DNA from: an uncultured Dehalococcoidia bacterium
GTDB taxonomy: Bacteria; Chloroflexota; Dehalococcoidia; Lucifugimonadales; UBA3495
Reading direction: 5' to 3'
Assembly (NCBI GenBank): GCA_951813535.1
Contig: OX638345.1
Coordinates: 2,823,158 to 2,887,157, forward strand
Length of the DNA stretch: 64,000 nucleotides
In this document: in pieces, positions 18,324 through 28,089 of the stretch
Numbering within the stretch: the first letter of the stretch is position 1
How the letters are laid out: each line of letters begins with the position of its first letter
The notes under the pieces: model-generated
What the model was told of the DNA's origin: nothing
Database searches by the model: none
The model's input: the letters and a program-made list of their open reading frames with translations, nothing else
Translations under genes and position numbers: made by a program

Positions 18324-19159
18324 CCGTTCAGGTCCACCCGCCTCAGCAGCAACGCGTCGGACGACATGATCTCGTCCACCCGCGCCGGGATATCCTCAAA
18401 AATGTCCAGCGCGGCGCGGATGAGCCTGCCGGATAGCGCACCGCAATCGTCGCTGCCCAGCAGCACCGCCAGTTCCGCCGCCCGTTCAATGGAGGCGCCT
18501 CCTCCCGATGTGACCTGCACTCCTTTTTCGTACATTTCCATGTCCCCGGCAGCCAGGGCCATGTCGCGCACCTCCTCCCACATCCGCGTGTGAATGGAAC
18601 CGGGACTGATGGCGTTCACCGTGACTCCAGTGCCCGCCAGTTCCACGCTGAGGTTCTCCGTCATGTTGACGATGGCGGTTTTCGCCGCATCGTAGGAGGT
18701 GTCGTTCGGGCCTCCCACGCCGGCCATGTTGACAATCCGCCCGCTCCCTCGTTCCATCATTCCCGGTATAACCGCCCGGCAGCCGTAATACGTTCCCAGT
18801 ACGTGTACCGAGATGACGTTGGCCCATCGGTCCGGATCAAGTTGCCACAGAGGGCCGATCTCGCCCGTGTTGCCCGCGTTGTTCACCATCACGTCAATCG
18901 TCCCGAACCGGTCCAGCGCGTGGCAAACTGCGCTCTCCACCTGGGCTCGGTCACGAACATCCGTGACGACGCTGGTGACCTCGGCGCCGAACTCCGATCG
19001 GATCGCTTCGGCCGTCTCCCGCAGTTCGGTGTCGGTACGCGCCGCCAGCGCCAGCTTTGCGCCTTCCGCAGCGTACGCCCTGGCGATCGCCTGTCCGATG
19101 CCCCGGCCTCCTCCGGTGATCAAAGCCACTTGGCCGTGCAGTCGGCCCTCGTCTGCCAT
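18320..19159 (-). CDS. SDR family oxidoreductase
   Basis: TGGGRGIGQA, NNAG and YDAAK motifs. ATG at 19159. 4-nt convergent overlap with the MFS gene. Confidence 0.86.
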   Translation of the reverse strand: MADEGRLHGQVALITGGGRGIGQAIARAYAAEGAKLALAARTDTELRETAEAIRSEFGAEVTSVVTDVRDRAQVESAVCHALDRFGTIDVMVNNAGNTGEIGPLWQLDPDRWANVISVHVLGTYYGCRAVIPGMMERGSGRIVNMAGVGGPNDTSYDAAKTAIVNMTENLSVELAGTGVTVNAISPGSIHTRMWEEVRDMALAAGDMEMYEKGVQVTSGGGASIERAAELAVLLGSDDCGALSGRLIRAALDIFEDIPARVDEIMSSDALLLRRVDLNG

Positions 19160-19239
19160 TTGCCGCTCTCCTCGCAACTCCGAACGCCGCCGTGGCGATG
19201 GTACAATTCGGCAACATACTACACGATGGGAGAACACTC

Positions 19240-19827
19240 ATGAGCGACGCGTCCCAAGCGACCGTCCCAACCGTCTCGTTCACCAGCATGGCCGCCGGGA
19301 CCCGGGAAGATTACGAACTCTTGGAACGCCTGGAAGCCGAATTCGCGTCCGGCACAGCAGACCGGGCGTTGGATCAATTGCGCGGCCTTGCCGGATCCCT
19401 GGGCGGCTACAAGGTGGACCGTCTCGAGCACTCGTTGCAGTCCGCGACTCGCGCGTACCGCGACGGCGCCGACGAGGAAATGGTAGTTGCCGCCCTCTTG
19501 CACGACATCGGGGATCTCCTCGCTCCGCACAATCATAGCGAGATGGCTGCGGCCGTACTCAGACCATACGTGTCCGAACGGACCTACTGGGTGGTCAGGC
19601 AGCACGGCCTGTTCCAGAGCTATTACTATGCCCACCACATGGGCGGCGACCGTAACGCCCGTGACCGCTATATCGACCACCCGTGGTACCAGGACGCGGT
19701 GGATTTCTGCCACCGCTGGGATCAATCGTCCTTCGACCCCGAGTACGACACCCTCTCCCTGGAATTTTTCGAGCCCCTGGTTCGACGGGTGTTCGCTCGG
19801 GAACCGTTCAGCGCCGGTAAGGAGTAA
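19240..19827 (+). CDS. HD-domain protein, COG4341/PhnZ-like
   Basis: LEHSLQSATRAYRDGADEEMVVAALLHDIGD and WDQSSFDPEY resemble the PhnZ/TmpB-type HD diiron oxygenase family. ATG at 19240 follows GGGAGA. Confidence 0.7.
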   Translation: MSDASQATVPTVSFTSMAAGTREDYELLERLEAEFASGTADRALDQLRGLAGSLGGYKVDRLEHSLQSATRAYRDGADEEMVVAALLHDIGDLLAPHNHSEMAAAVLRPYVSERTYWVVRQHGLFQSYYYAHHMGGDRNARDRYIDHPWYQDAVDFCHRWDQSSFDPEYDTLSLEFFEPLVRRVFAREPFSAGKE

Positions 19828-19829
19828 CC

Positions 19830-20678
19830 ATGAGCTTGGAAGGCAAAGTCGCCCTGATCACTGGCGCCGGCGGCATGCGTGGCGTGGGCCGCGCCACTGC
19901 GCTCAAATTGGCGTCCCAGGGTGCCCAGGTAGCTATCACCGACGTCCGCCGACCCGCTGGGGACCTGCCACCCGGCGAAGTCCGGGCCGAGTGGCAGTCC
20001 ATCGACAGCGTGGCCGAAGAGGTCCGCAACCTCGGCGGCCAGGCCCTGCCCATCTACGCCGACCTATCTAACGCCGATGAGATCGAAGGCCTGGTGGCCG
20101 AAACCGTCAACCACTATGGGCGACTGGATATCCTCGTCAACAATGCTCGGGCCATCATCGGGCGGGACAAGGTGCCAGTCACTGAACTGGACGAGGATGT
20201 CTGGCAGCATTTCCTCGCTATCAACACCACCGCGGTGTTCTTGTGCACCAAGTACGCCGGCCGGGAGATGGTGCGCCTGGGCAACGGCGGGCGCGTGGTA
20301 AACATCGCCAGCAACGCCGGCAAGCAGGCCAGCGCCGACGGCGCCGCCTATTCCGCCAGTAAATTCGCCGTAATCGGCCTGACCCAGGCATCAGCAATGG
20401 ATCTCGCTCCGCACGGAATCACCGTCAACGCCGTCTGCCCGGGCCCGATCAACACCGACCGCATGAGCTACTGGGAACGCGACCAGGCCGCTCAGAGAGG
20501 GCTCACCCAGGAGGATTTCCGCGCCCAGGTGGTCGCGGCATCCGCCGATCGAACGCCGCTCGGACGTATCGCCGAACCCGAGGATGTGGCCAACTTGGTG
20601 GCGTTTTTCGCTGGTCCCGATTCCAGCCTGATCACCGGCCAATCCTATAACGTCAACGGCGGCATTCTTTTCCACTGA
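19830..20678 (+). CDS. SDR family oxidoreductase
   Basis: TGAGGMRGVGRA, NNA and YSASK motifs. The AAGGAG RBS lies inside the last codons of the HD gene. Confidence 0.88.
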   Translation: MSLEGKVALITGAGGMRGVGRATALKLASQGAQVAITDVRRPAGDLPPGEVRAEWQSIDSVAEEVRNLGGQALPIYADLSNADEIEGLVAETVNHYGRLDILVNNARAIIGRDKVPVTELDEDVWQHFLAINTTAVFLCTKYAGREMVRLGNGGRVVNIASNAGKQASADGAAYSASKFAVIGLTQASAMDLAPHGITVNAVCPGPINTDRMSYWERDQAAQRGLTQEDFRAQVVAASADRTPLGRIAEPEDVANLVAFFAGPDSSLITGQSYNVNGGILFH

Positions 20679-20711
20679 TTTCCGTTCGCACTACAATCGA
20701 GGTGTCACCTG

Positions 20712-21671
20712 ATGCAGTACGGTATTACGCTCCCCGGCCGGGGTCCGCTGTCCACCCCCGATAATCTGGCAGCCATCGCCCAGCGTGCCGAATCCTTGGG
20801 CTTCGACTCCGTCGCCCTGGGCGACCACATTCTGGTGCCTAGGAGTATCGATTCTGATTACCCGTACACCGAGACCGGAGAATTTCCGGGTTCGGCCTCG
20901 GGTCAGGCGATGGAGCAGATCACCGCGCTCGCCTACATGGCCGGATGCACCAGCACCATTCGCCTGGCGACCTCCGTGCTCATCGTGCCCCATCGCAACC
21001 CTTTGGTGGCTGCCAAAGCGCTGGCGACATTGGACGTCCTGTCGGGCGGCAGGCTCATCGTGGGCGTCGGCGTCGGCTGGTGTCGGGAGGAGTTCGACGC
21101 TGTGGGATGCGAGCCTTTCGACGAACGCGGCGCGGTGACCGACGAGTACATCCGCGCTTTCAAGGAACTGTGGACGTCCGACGATCCGACGTTTGAAGGA
21201 GAGTACGTCAGTTTTTCCGACATCTGGTTCCTCCCGAAACCTGTCCAGAAGCCCCATCCGCCCTTCTGGGTAGGCGGCGAGAGCCGTCCCGCGATCCGCC
21301 GTGCCGCTACCCTTTGCGACGGTTGGTACCCAATAGGCAACAACCCAGCCTTCCCCGTGGGCACTCCCGAAGCGTTGCAGAACAGCATGGCCCGCTTGCG
21401 TAGCACTGCCGAGCGTGCCGGACGCGATCCCGACGAAATCCAGATCATATATCGCTCTCACGACTACCGGATCACCGGCACCGACACCAGCCCCGACCGC
21501 ACGCTCTTCACCGGCAGCGGCCAACAGATCGCCGGCGATATTCAACAGTACGAAGAGATGGGTGTCAGCTATCTGGTTCTGGACATTGCCCGCCTGAGCG
21601 CCGACGGCAATTTGGAAGAAACCCTGGGACACCTGGAAGACTTCACCACCCAGGTCGTTGCGCGGGTCTGA
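20712..21671 (+). CDS. LLM-class (luciferase-like) F420-dependent-type oxidoreductase
   Basis: GFDSVALGDHILVP, LDVLSGGRLIVGVGVGW and HPPFWVGGES motifs of the Rv2161c-like LLM family. Confidence 0.88.
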   Translation: MQYGITLPGRGPLSTPDNLAAIAQRAESLGFDSVALGDHILVPRSIDSDYPYTETGEFPGSASGQAMEQITALAYMAGCTSTIRLATSVLIVPHRNPLVAAKALATLDVLSGGRLIVGVGVGWCREEFDAVGCEPFDERGAVTDEYIRAFKELWTSDDPTFEGEYVSFSDIWFLPKPVQKPHPPFWVGGESRPAIRRAATLCDGWYPIGNNPAFPVGTPEALQNSMARLRSTAERAGRDPDEIQIIYRSHDYRITGTDTSPDRTLFTGSGQQIAGDIQQYEEMGVSYLVLDIARLSADGNLEETLGHLEDFTTQVVARV

Positions 21672-21727
21672 GGTGCCGACGGCATACCCCGTCTCCCACC
21701 TGCCCGACAGACCACCGGAACGCTCCT

Positions 21728-22768
21728 ATGGCGTTCACACTATCGGAAGCCAACGCCGTCCAGTACTTGTCGGATGTAGGGCTGATTGCCTCCGACCAGG
21801 CCGGTTCGGTATCCGCTCGGGAGCTTGGCGGTGGGGTTTCCAATATCGTCGTCAGGGTGGATTTTCATGACCAACCTGAGGGCCTCGTCGTAAAGCAGTC
21901 CCTCCCGCGTTTGCGCGTCGAGCAGGAATGGTTGGCCGACCAGGCGCGCATTCATCGCGAAGCCGCCAGCCTCCGATTTCTGCAGGATGCGTTGCCTTCA
22001 TCTGCGCTCCCGCAGGTGGTTCACGAAGATCCCGGAAATTTCTTGTTCGCGATGACTGCCGCACCGGAACCGGCGCGTACGTGGAAGGACGACCTGCTCG
22101 CAGGTAACATCGACCCGGTGGTTGCGGCGAGGGTGGGTCACCTGTTGAGTGCGATGCACCAGTGCTCCGCAGTCTCCTGCGGCGCCATTCCGCCTGCGCT
22201 ACAGGAATTTGCCGACCAACGTTGCTTCGTTCAACTGCGTATCGACCCCTATCATCGCGCAACGGCGCTTGCCCATCCCGATCTGGCCGACCCCATCGAA
22301 GCTACGGCGCAGGCCATGCTGGACCACCGTCTCTGCCTCGTGCACGGCGACTATAGTCCCAAGAACGTGATCGTCTCCGGCACCCGCGAGCAACCGTCCG
22401 CATACTTGCTGGACTTCGAAGTGGTCCACCTTGGGAACCCGGTTTTTGACCTCGCTTTCATGCTGAATCACCTCACCTTGAAGGCTATCCACCGTCCCGA
22501 TCTGGCGGGACAGTACAACGCGGCCGGAACCGCTTTTTGGTCGGCCTACTGCTCCAATGCCCCGGCATTTGTAGCCGACGCCATCCAACTCCAGGTCGAT
22601 GCGGTGCGCCAGATGGGCGTGCTCCTGCTGGCTCGCGTCGACGGGAAGTCGCCGGCCGAATACATCACAACTGATGCAGAGAAGTCCGTTGCCCGCCGCG
22701 TCGCCAGGAAGATCCTGACCAACGATGTACACACGTTGCCGGATCTGCATCGGGAGTTGTTGGCCTGA
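21728..22768 (+). CDS. phosphotransferase (APH/MtnK-like kinase) family protein
   Basis: GGGVSNIVVRV P-loop-like, LVHGDYSPKNVIV catalytic loop and LLDFEVVHLGNPVFDLAFML motifs. Confidence 0.72.
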   Translation: MAFTLSEANAVQYLSDVGLIASDQAGSVSARELGGGVSNIVVRVDFHDQPEGLVVKQSLPRLRVEQEWLADQARIHREAASLRFLQDALPSSALPQVVHEDPGNFLFAMTAAPEPARTWKDDLLAGNIDPVVAARVGHLLSAMHQCSAVSCGAIPPALQEFADQRCFVQLRIDPYHRATALAHPDLADPIEATAQAMLDHRLCLVHGDYSPKNVIVSGTREQPSAYLLDFEVVHLGNPVFDLAFMLNHLTLKAIHRPDLAGQYNAAGTAFWSAYCSNAPAFVADAIQLQVDAVRQMGVLLLARVDGKSPAEYITTDAEKSVARRVARKILTNDVHTLPDLHRELLA

Positions 22769-22892
22769 GCGCCCTATGGCGGTTCGGGTGCAAGAATCTG
22801 GTGACACTGTCGCCGGCTACGTAGTACACTTGCCGCGCGGGTATCCGGCCCACGGCCCGGGCGCCTAGCTCCCGATCAGAGGAGATGAGAGC

Positions 22893-23366
22893 TTGCCGCA
22901 GGAACTGAACGCCGGGTTGGACGGAACCGGCCTTCGCATCGCAGTGGTCGCCGCTCGGTTCAATTACGTAATCACCAAGAACCTGATGGAGGGTGCTGTC
23001 TCAACGCTGGGTCTATACGGCGTGCGGGACGGTGACATCACGACCTCTTGGGTCCCAGGTTCGTTTGAACTGCCAGTGGTCGCCAAAACACTGGCTCAAT
23101 CCGGCCGCTATGACGCCGTGATTTGCCTGGGCGCCGTAATACGCGGAGAGACCAGCCATTACGACATGGTGTGCAACCAGGCCGCCTCCGGCATCGCGGC
23201 GGTGGGTCGCGAAACCGGCATTCCGACGATGTTTGGTGTATTGACCACCGAGAACATGGAGCAGGCCATCAACCGCTCCGGAGGCAAGGTCGGCAACCTT
23301 GGCTCCGACTGCGCAGTGGGCGCAATTGACTGTGCCCGCCTGTTGCAGGCGATCAAGACCGGCTGA
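22893..23366 (+). CDS. ribH: 6,7-dimethyl-8-ribityllumazine synthase
   Basis: RIAVVAARFN, WVPGSFELP and GAVIRGETSHYDMV motifs. TTG start. Confidence 0.92.
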   Translation: MPQELNAGLDGTGLRIAVVAARFNYVITKNLMEGAVSTLGLYGVRDGDITTSWVPGSFELPVVAKTLAQSGRYDAVICLGAVIRGETSHYDMVCNQAASGIAAVGRETGIPTMFGVLTTENMEQAINRSGGKVGNLGSDCAVGAIDCARLLQAIKTG

Positions 23367-23390
23367 CCCGGCCGCGAAATGTGAACAGCG

Positions 23391-24080
23391 ATGCAGACGA
23401 CCGTAGAATTCGACCCCAGTTATTCCCTGCTCACCATCGACCTCGCATCCGGCGAATCCATCAAGGCAGAGCCGGGGGCCATGGTCGCCCAGCAGGGAGT
23501 TGCAATGACCACCGGCATGAGCGGCTCCGGTGGTCTCTTTGGCGGAATCCGCCGCATGATGGGCGGCGAATCCTTTTTCGTAAACACCTTTACCGCTGAA
23601 GGCGCTGGTGGTTGGGTCAGTCTGGCCCCGCCGGCGCCCGGAGACGTCGGTTCGTTCACCCTGGAGCCGGGCACCAACCTTTTCTTGCAGTCCAGTTCGT
23701 TTCTGGCCAGCACCGGCAACGTGCAGATCGACAGCCAGTTCCAGGGATTTCGCGGGTTTTTCAGCGGAGAGAGCCTGTTCTTCATCCGCGCCTACACACA
23801 ACAGGGCCCGGGCACCGTTTATTACAACTCCTACGGCGCCATCAAAAAGGTGGCGGTGAATCCAGGCCAGGAGTTAGTGGTCGATACCGGGCACCTCGTG
23901 GCCTTCAGCGATGACGTCGAATACTCCATTGGGAAAGTCGGCGGCATCCGCTCATTGATCGCCGGCGGTGAAGGGCTCGTGATGAAGTTCCAGGGCAGCG
24001 GAACCGTGTGGATCCAGACCCGCAACCTCGCTTCCCTGGCCGAAAAGCTGAACCCGTTCCTGCCAAAACGGGGCCAGTAA
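23391..24080 (+). CDS. TIGR00266/AIM24 (DUF124) family protein
   Basis: GESFFVNTF, GESLFFIRA, VVDTGHLVAF and GEGLVMKFQGSGTVWIQTRN pattern. Confidence 0.8.
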   Translation: MQTTVEFDPSYSLLTIDLASGESIKAEPGAMVAQQGVAMTTGMSGSGGLFGGIRRMMGGESFFVNTFTAEGAGGWVSLAPPAPGDVGSFTLEPGTNLFLQSSSFLASTGNVQIDSQFQGFRGFFSGESLFFIRAYTQQGPGTVYYNSYGAIKKVAVNPGQELVVDTGHLVAFSDDVEYSIGKVGGIRSLIAGGEGLVMKFQGSGTVWIQTRNLASLAEKLNPFLPKRGQ

Positions 24081-24196
24081 CCGTTCGTTGGGCTACCCGA
24101 GCCTGATGGCGACGGGGAACGTCGCGGACGGCTAGCCAGCCTATTATCGTTCGGCGCCTGTCGCCTGACCGCCCAGTCCAATCAAGGAGATCCGGC

Positions 24197-25111
24197 ATGG
24201 AATTCGGCGTGACTGTTCCAAATAACTGGGGTGTCGAGGACCCACAGGCAGTGGTCAATTTCGGGCCATTGGCCGAAGAACTGGGATTCGATTCCGTTTG
24301 GGTAATGGATCACCTGTTTAACAACGGCTATATACGAGAACGACTGGACGACAAGCCGTATTACCATCCCATGGCGACCCTGTCCCACATTTCTGCCCTG
24401 ACTGGGCGAGTGAAGCTGGGCACGTCGGTGCTCGTCCTGCCGTATCACAACCCCGTGGAGTTGGCTAAGTACGCTGCCACGCTGGATCAAATGTCCGGCG
24501 GCCGCGTGATCCTGGGCGTGGGGGCTGGCGCCATGACCCCTGAATTCGAGGCGTTGGGCATACCGCTGAGCCAGCGAGGGTCCTTAACCAACGAGTCAAT
24601 GGACGTCATGCGCGAGCTATGGGCCAACGAAGACCCTCGGTACAGCAGCGACCGCTGGGAATTCGGCGACCTCAAGTTCTCTCCCAAGCCAGTTCAATCT
24701 GTAGCTGATTCGCCCCACGTTCCCTTGTGGGTTGGCGGCGGCAGTACCGCCGCGTTACGTAGAGCCGCTCGGAGAGGCAACGGTTGGCACCCGTCCGGTG
24801 TGAGCGCCGAGGAATTCGCCATCGGTCGTCAGCGCGTCCGGGAGTTGGCCGAGTCCGCCGGCCGCGATCCCGATGATCTGGCGATGTCCGCCCGCGTGGA
24901 AGTGGAAGCCCATGGCGGCCCGTCCAGCCAGCGCGCTGCCGACCGATCACGGCTCCCGGGGCATGATGCGGCGGGAATGGTCGCCGGAATTGCCGCCTTC
25001 CAGGAGGCCGGTGTGCAGCACATCGTGTTGGCCCTCAATACCGGAGATGTGGGACGACTCCGTGAGTTGATGCATTCCATAGCGGAAGACGTCATCTCGC
25101 AGTTCGATTAG
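24197..25111 (+). CDS. LLM-class F420-dependent-type oxidoreductase
   Basis: GFDSVWVMDH, LDQMSGGRVILGVGAG and PLWVGGGS motifs. AAGGAG RBS. Confidence 0.88.
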   Translation: MEFGVTVPNNWGVEDPQAVVNFGPLAEELGFDSVWVMDHLFNNGYIRERLDDKPYYHPMATLSHISALTGRVKLGTSVLVLPYHNPVELAKYAATLDQMSGGRVILGVGAGAMTPEFEALGIPLSQRGSLTNESMDVMRELWANEDPRYSSDRWEFGDLKFSPKPVQSVADSPHVPLWVGGGSTAALRRAARRGNGWHPSGVSAEEFAIGRQRVRELAESAGRDPDDLAMSARVEVEAHGGPSSQRAADRSRLPGHDAAGMVAGIAAFQEAGVQHIVLALNTGDVGRLRELMHSIAEDVISQFD

Positions 25112-25177
25112 CCGCCCTTCAACCCGTCGGCCGGGCTCGATCTGGGCCGATGGCGCCGCCGCCGTCGCCAAACCAAT

Positions 25178-25200
25178 GGGGGCGATGCAAAATCGCCCCC
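25178..25200. terminator. hairpin between convergent genes (gggggcgat-gcaaa-atcgccccc)
   Basis: Perfect 9-bp stem read directly. No clear U-tract on either strand. Confidence 0.4.
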
Positions 25201-25237
25201 ACTCCGTTATGGCTGCTATTTGAGACGGCTCAATCAG

Positions 25238-27505
25238 CTACAGAGTTGCCTCCAGCACGCTCCCGGGGGTGATGGGCAGGCTGGTCAACCGCTGGTTCGT
25301 GGCGTGACCCACCGCGTTGGCGACAGCCGCCAACGGAGGAACAATAGGCACCTCGCCCACGCCACGCACACCGTACGGGTGACCCGGATTCGCCACTTCC
25401 ACGATTACCGTATCTATCATGGGCAGGTCCAAAGACGTCGGCATGCGGTAGTCCAGGAAACTCGAGTTCATCATCTGCCCGTTGTCACCGAAATAATACT
25501 CCTCGTTCAGCGCCCAGCCGATGCCCTGGACCGCCCCGCCCTGGATCTGGCCTTCCACGTAGCTCGGGTGCACCGCCTTGCCGGCGTCCTGAATAGCGGT
25601 GTAACGCAGAACTTCGGTCTTGCCGGTTTCCGGGTCAACCTCGACGTCGACCAGGTGCACGCCGAAAGAATTGCCCTCGCCGGTGGGATCGAGGCTCGCG
25701 GTTCCGGTAATGCCTCCCCCGGTGGTGTAGAGCTGGCGTGCCAGGTCCTTGAAGGTGAAACTCAGCTCTTCGGACTTATGCCGGATCTCGCCGCCGTCGT
25801 ACTCAACATCCTCCACCGGAACATCCCATATTGAGGCAGCGCGTTGGACCATCTGCTGTTTGACGTCTTCCGCCGCGAGAATGGCCGCCCAACCCGTGGC
25901 AAACGTTGTGCGGCTTCCCCCGGTGACCATGGTGAACCCGATAGAGTCCGTATCCACCACCTGCGGCTTGATTTCATCGTACGCTATACCCAGGGTTTCA
26001 GCAGCTTGCTGCGCTATGGAGGCGCGGGAACCGCCGATGTCCACCGAACCTTCGATCAGGTTCACGGTCCCATCCGGGTTTACCGTCATGTTCACGCTGG
26101 AATGGAACCCGCGGTTCATCCAAAAGCCGGCGGCGATACCGCGTCCTCGATTCGACCCTTCCAGAGGCGACCGGTAGTGCTCGTGGTTGCGTGCGGCTTC
26201 CAGACATTCAACCAGGCCAATCTTCTGAAAAACCGGACCTTCAACCTTGCGTGAGCCCTCGGTTACTGTGTTGTTCAGGCGGAATTCCACCGGGTCAACG
26301 CCCAGCTTTTGGCAGAGCTCGTCCACGACTTGCTCCACGCCGAACGCCGCCTGCGGTGAGCCGGGCGCTCGATATGCGGCCGTCTTCGGCTTGTTGACGA
26401 CTACGTCGTATCCCTCGACAGTCCCGTTTTCCAGTTCGTAGCAGGCGAAGGCGCAGGTGGCGCCCTGCATTACCGGCGATCCCGGATACGCCCCGGCCTC
26501 GAAGGCCAACTCGATTTCTGCGGCGGTGATCTTGCCGGCTGAATCGGCGCCCATCTTGACCCGCATCCAACTGCCGGGCGCTGGTCCGCTTCCCTCGAAT
26601 ACTTCGGTGCGGCTCATCAACACTTTGACCGGAGCTCCCGCCTTGCGAGACAGCAGCGCGGCGACCGGCTCCAGGTAGAATGTCACCTTGCCGCCGAACC
26701 CGCCCCCGATCTCCATGGGCGTCACCCGAACGCTGGATACGTCGATCCGCAATACGTCTGCGGTGTTGGCGCGTACCACAAACGCGCCCTGAGTACTGCA
26801 CCAGATATTGATCTGTCCGTCGGCGCGCCAATGGGCGGTCGCGTTATGCGGTTCAATGTAACCCTGGTGCACGGAGGCCGTGGTGAATTCCCGTTCGACT
26901 ATCACGTCGGAGTTGGCGAATCCGGCAGCAGTGTCCCCCTTGTCAAATTTCATGTAGGACGCGACGTTGCTGGGCTTGTCCGAGATCTCGCCCATGGCGG
27001 AAGTGTGGACCAGATCATCATGCAGGAGCGGAGCGCCGTCTTGCATCGCAGCTCGAACATCGATCACGGGCTCCAACACCTCGTAGTCGACGTCGATCAG
27101 ATCCAGCGCGGCTTCCGCGATGTGGGCATTTTCAGCCGCCACCGCAGCGACGGCGTGTCCACGATATAGCGCCTTGTCACTGGCGAGAAAGTTGTCGCTC
27201 AGGAACTTGAACCGGTTGTAGTCGTTGCTCAGGTCTTCTCTGCTGAGTGCCGCGAAGGGCAGGTCGGCCGCGGTAACCACGGCTCGGACTCCGGCAAGGG
27301 CTTCTGCCCTGCTCGTGTCGATGGAATTGATCCGGGCGTGCGCGTGCGGGCTTCGCAAAACTCGGGCGTGCAACAGTCCCGTCAGCTCAAGGTCCGCCCC
27401 ATATTGGGCGCGGCCGGTTACCTTATCCACTCCATCGGGGCGCACTGGGCGCTTCCCCACAACCTCGTATTCCACTTCCGATAGGACTTGGTTGGCCGTG
27501 GTCAT
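25238..27505 (-). CDS. xanthine dehydrogenase family molybdopterin-binding large subunit (CoxL/aldehyde oxidase-like)
   Basis: 755 aa. Motifs GGGFGGK, AAYRAPGSPQAAFGVE and PYGVRGVGE. Confidence 0.9.
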   Translation of the reverse strand: MTTANQVLSEVEYEVVGKRPVRPDGVDKVTGRAQYGADLELTGLLHARVLRSPHAHARINSIDTSRAEALAGVRAVVTAADLPFAALSREDLSNDYNRFKFLSDNFLASDKALYRGHAVAAVAAENAHIAEAALDLIDVDYEVLEPVIDVRAAMQDGAPLLHDDLVHTSAMGEISDKPSNVASYMKFDKGDTAAGFANSDVIVEREFTTASVHQGYIEPHNATAHWRADGQINIWCSTQGAFVVRANTADVLRIDVSSVRVTPMEIGGGFGGKVTFYLEPVAALLSRKAGAPVKVLMSRTEVFEGSGPAPGSWMRVKMGADSAGKITAAEIELAFEAGAYPGSPVMQGATCAFACYELENGTVEGYDVVVNKPKTAAYRAPGSPQAAFGVEQVVDELCQKLGVDPVEFRLNNTVTEGSRKVEGPVFQKIGLVECLEAARNHEHYRSPLEGSNRGRGIAAGFWMNRGFHSSVNMTVNPDGTVNLIEGSVDIGGSRASIAQQAAETLGIAYDEIKPQVVDTDSIGFTMVTGGSRTTFATGWAAILAAEDVKQQMVQRAASIWDVPVEDVEYDGGEIRHKSEELSFTFKDLARQLYTTGGGITGTASLDPTGEGNSFGVHLVDVEVDPETGKTEVLRYTAIQDAGKAVHPSYVEGQIQGGAVQGIGWALNEEYYFGDNGQMMNSSFLDYRMPTSLDLPMIDTVIVEVANPGHPYGVRGVGEVPIVPPLAAVANAVGHATNQRLTSLPITPGSVLEATL

Positions 27506-27529
27506 TTTGGTTCACCTCCTAAAAGTGTA

Positions 27530-27551
27530 GGGGCGAATGGTCATTCGCCCC
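27530..27551. repeat. palindromic element ggggcgaatgg/tcattcgcccc in the small-to-large subunit spacer
   Basis: 10 of 11 arm positions are complementary, giving a 9-bp stem with a 4-nt loop. Confidence 0.5.
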
Positions 27552-27610
27552 CACCACTGAGAACATCGAAACGGCCGCCGGCTCCTCACCGGTCGGCAAC
27601 AAACGGGAGC

Positions 27611-28087
27611 CTATGCTCGCATTCGTTCTCCGGCGTCGATTACCGCTCGGACGATCTTATCGTAACCGGTGCAACGGCACAGATTACCGGCCAACCAGTG
27701 GCGTATGCGTGCTTCGTCTGCATCCGGCTCGGCTTCTAGCAGGGCCTTGGCGGCTACGATGAAGCCAGGGGTGCAGATGCCGCACTGGAGAGCAGCATTT
27801 TCAAGGAAAGACTGCTGAATCGGATGCAACCCCTCAGCGGAGGCCACGCCCTCGATCGTGTTGACCTCTGCTCCCTGTGCCTCCACTCCGAGGACCAGGC
27901 AGGAAGTAACGATGCGGCCATCCAGGTTGACGGTGCAGGCTCCGCAGTTGCCGTCGTTGCAGCCTTCCTTGGAGCCAGTCATACCCACGACGTCGCGCAG
28001 GCATTCCAGCAGGCTTTGCCGCGGCTCGCACAGGAAGTCGGTCTGGTTGCCATTGATGGTGGTAGTTACGTGGACAAGTCCGGGCAT
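27611..28087 (-). CDS. (2Fe-2S)-binding small subunit (CoxS-like)
   Basis: CNDGNCGACTV and CGICTPG...CRCTGY cluster motifs. Confidence 0.92.
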   Translation of the reverse strand: MPGLVHVTTTINGNQTDFLCEPRQSLLECLRDVVGMTGSKEGCNDGNCGACTVNLDGRIVTSCLVLGVEAQGAEVNTIEGVASAEGLHPIQQSFLENAALQCGICTPGFIVAAKALLEAEPDADEARIRHWLAGNLCRCTGYDKIVRAVIDAGERMRA

Positions 28088-28089
28088 TG

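Noticed and set aside
22769-22892. FMN riboswitch upstream of ribH
   Set aside because: The spacer is only 124 nt, and the conserved RFN core strings (GGGxGAAAxTCCC...CCGACGGT..AGTCCGGATG) are not present.
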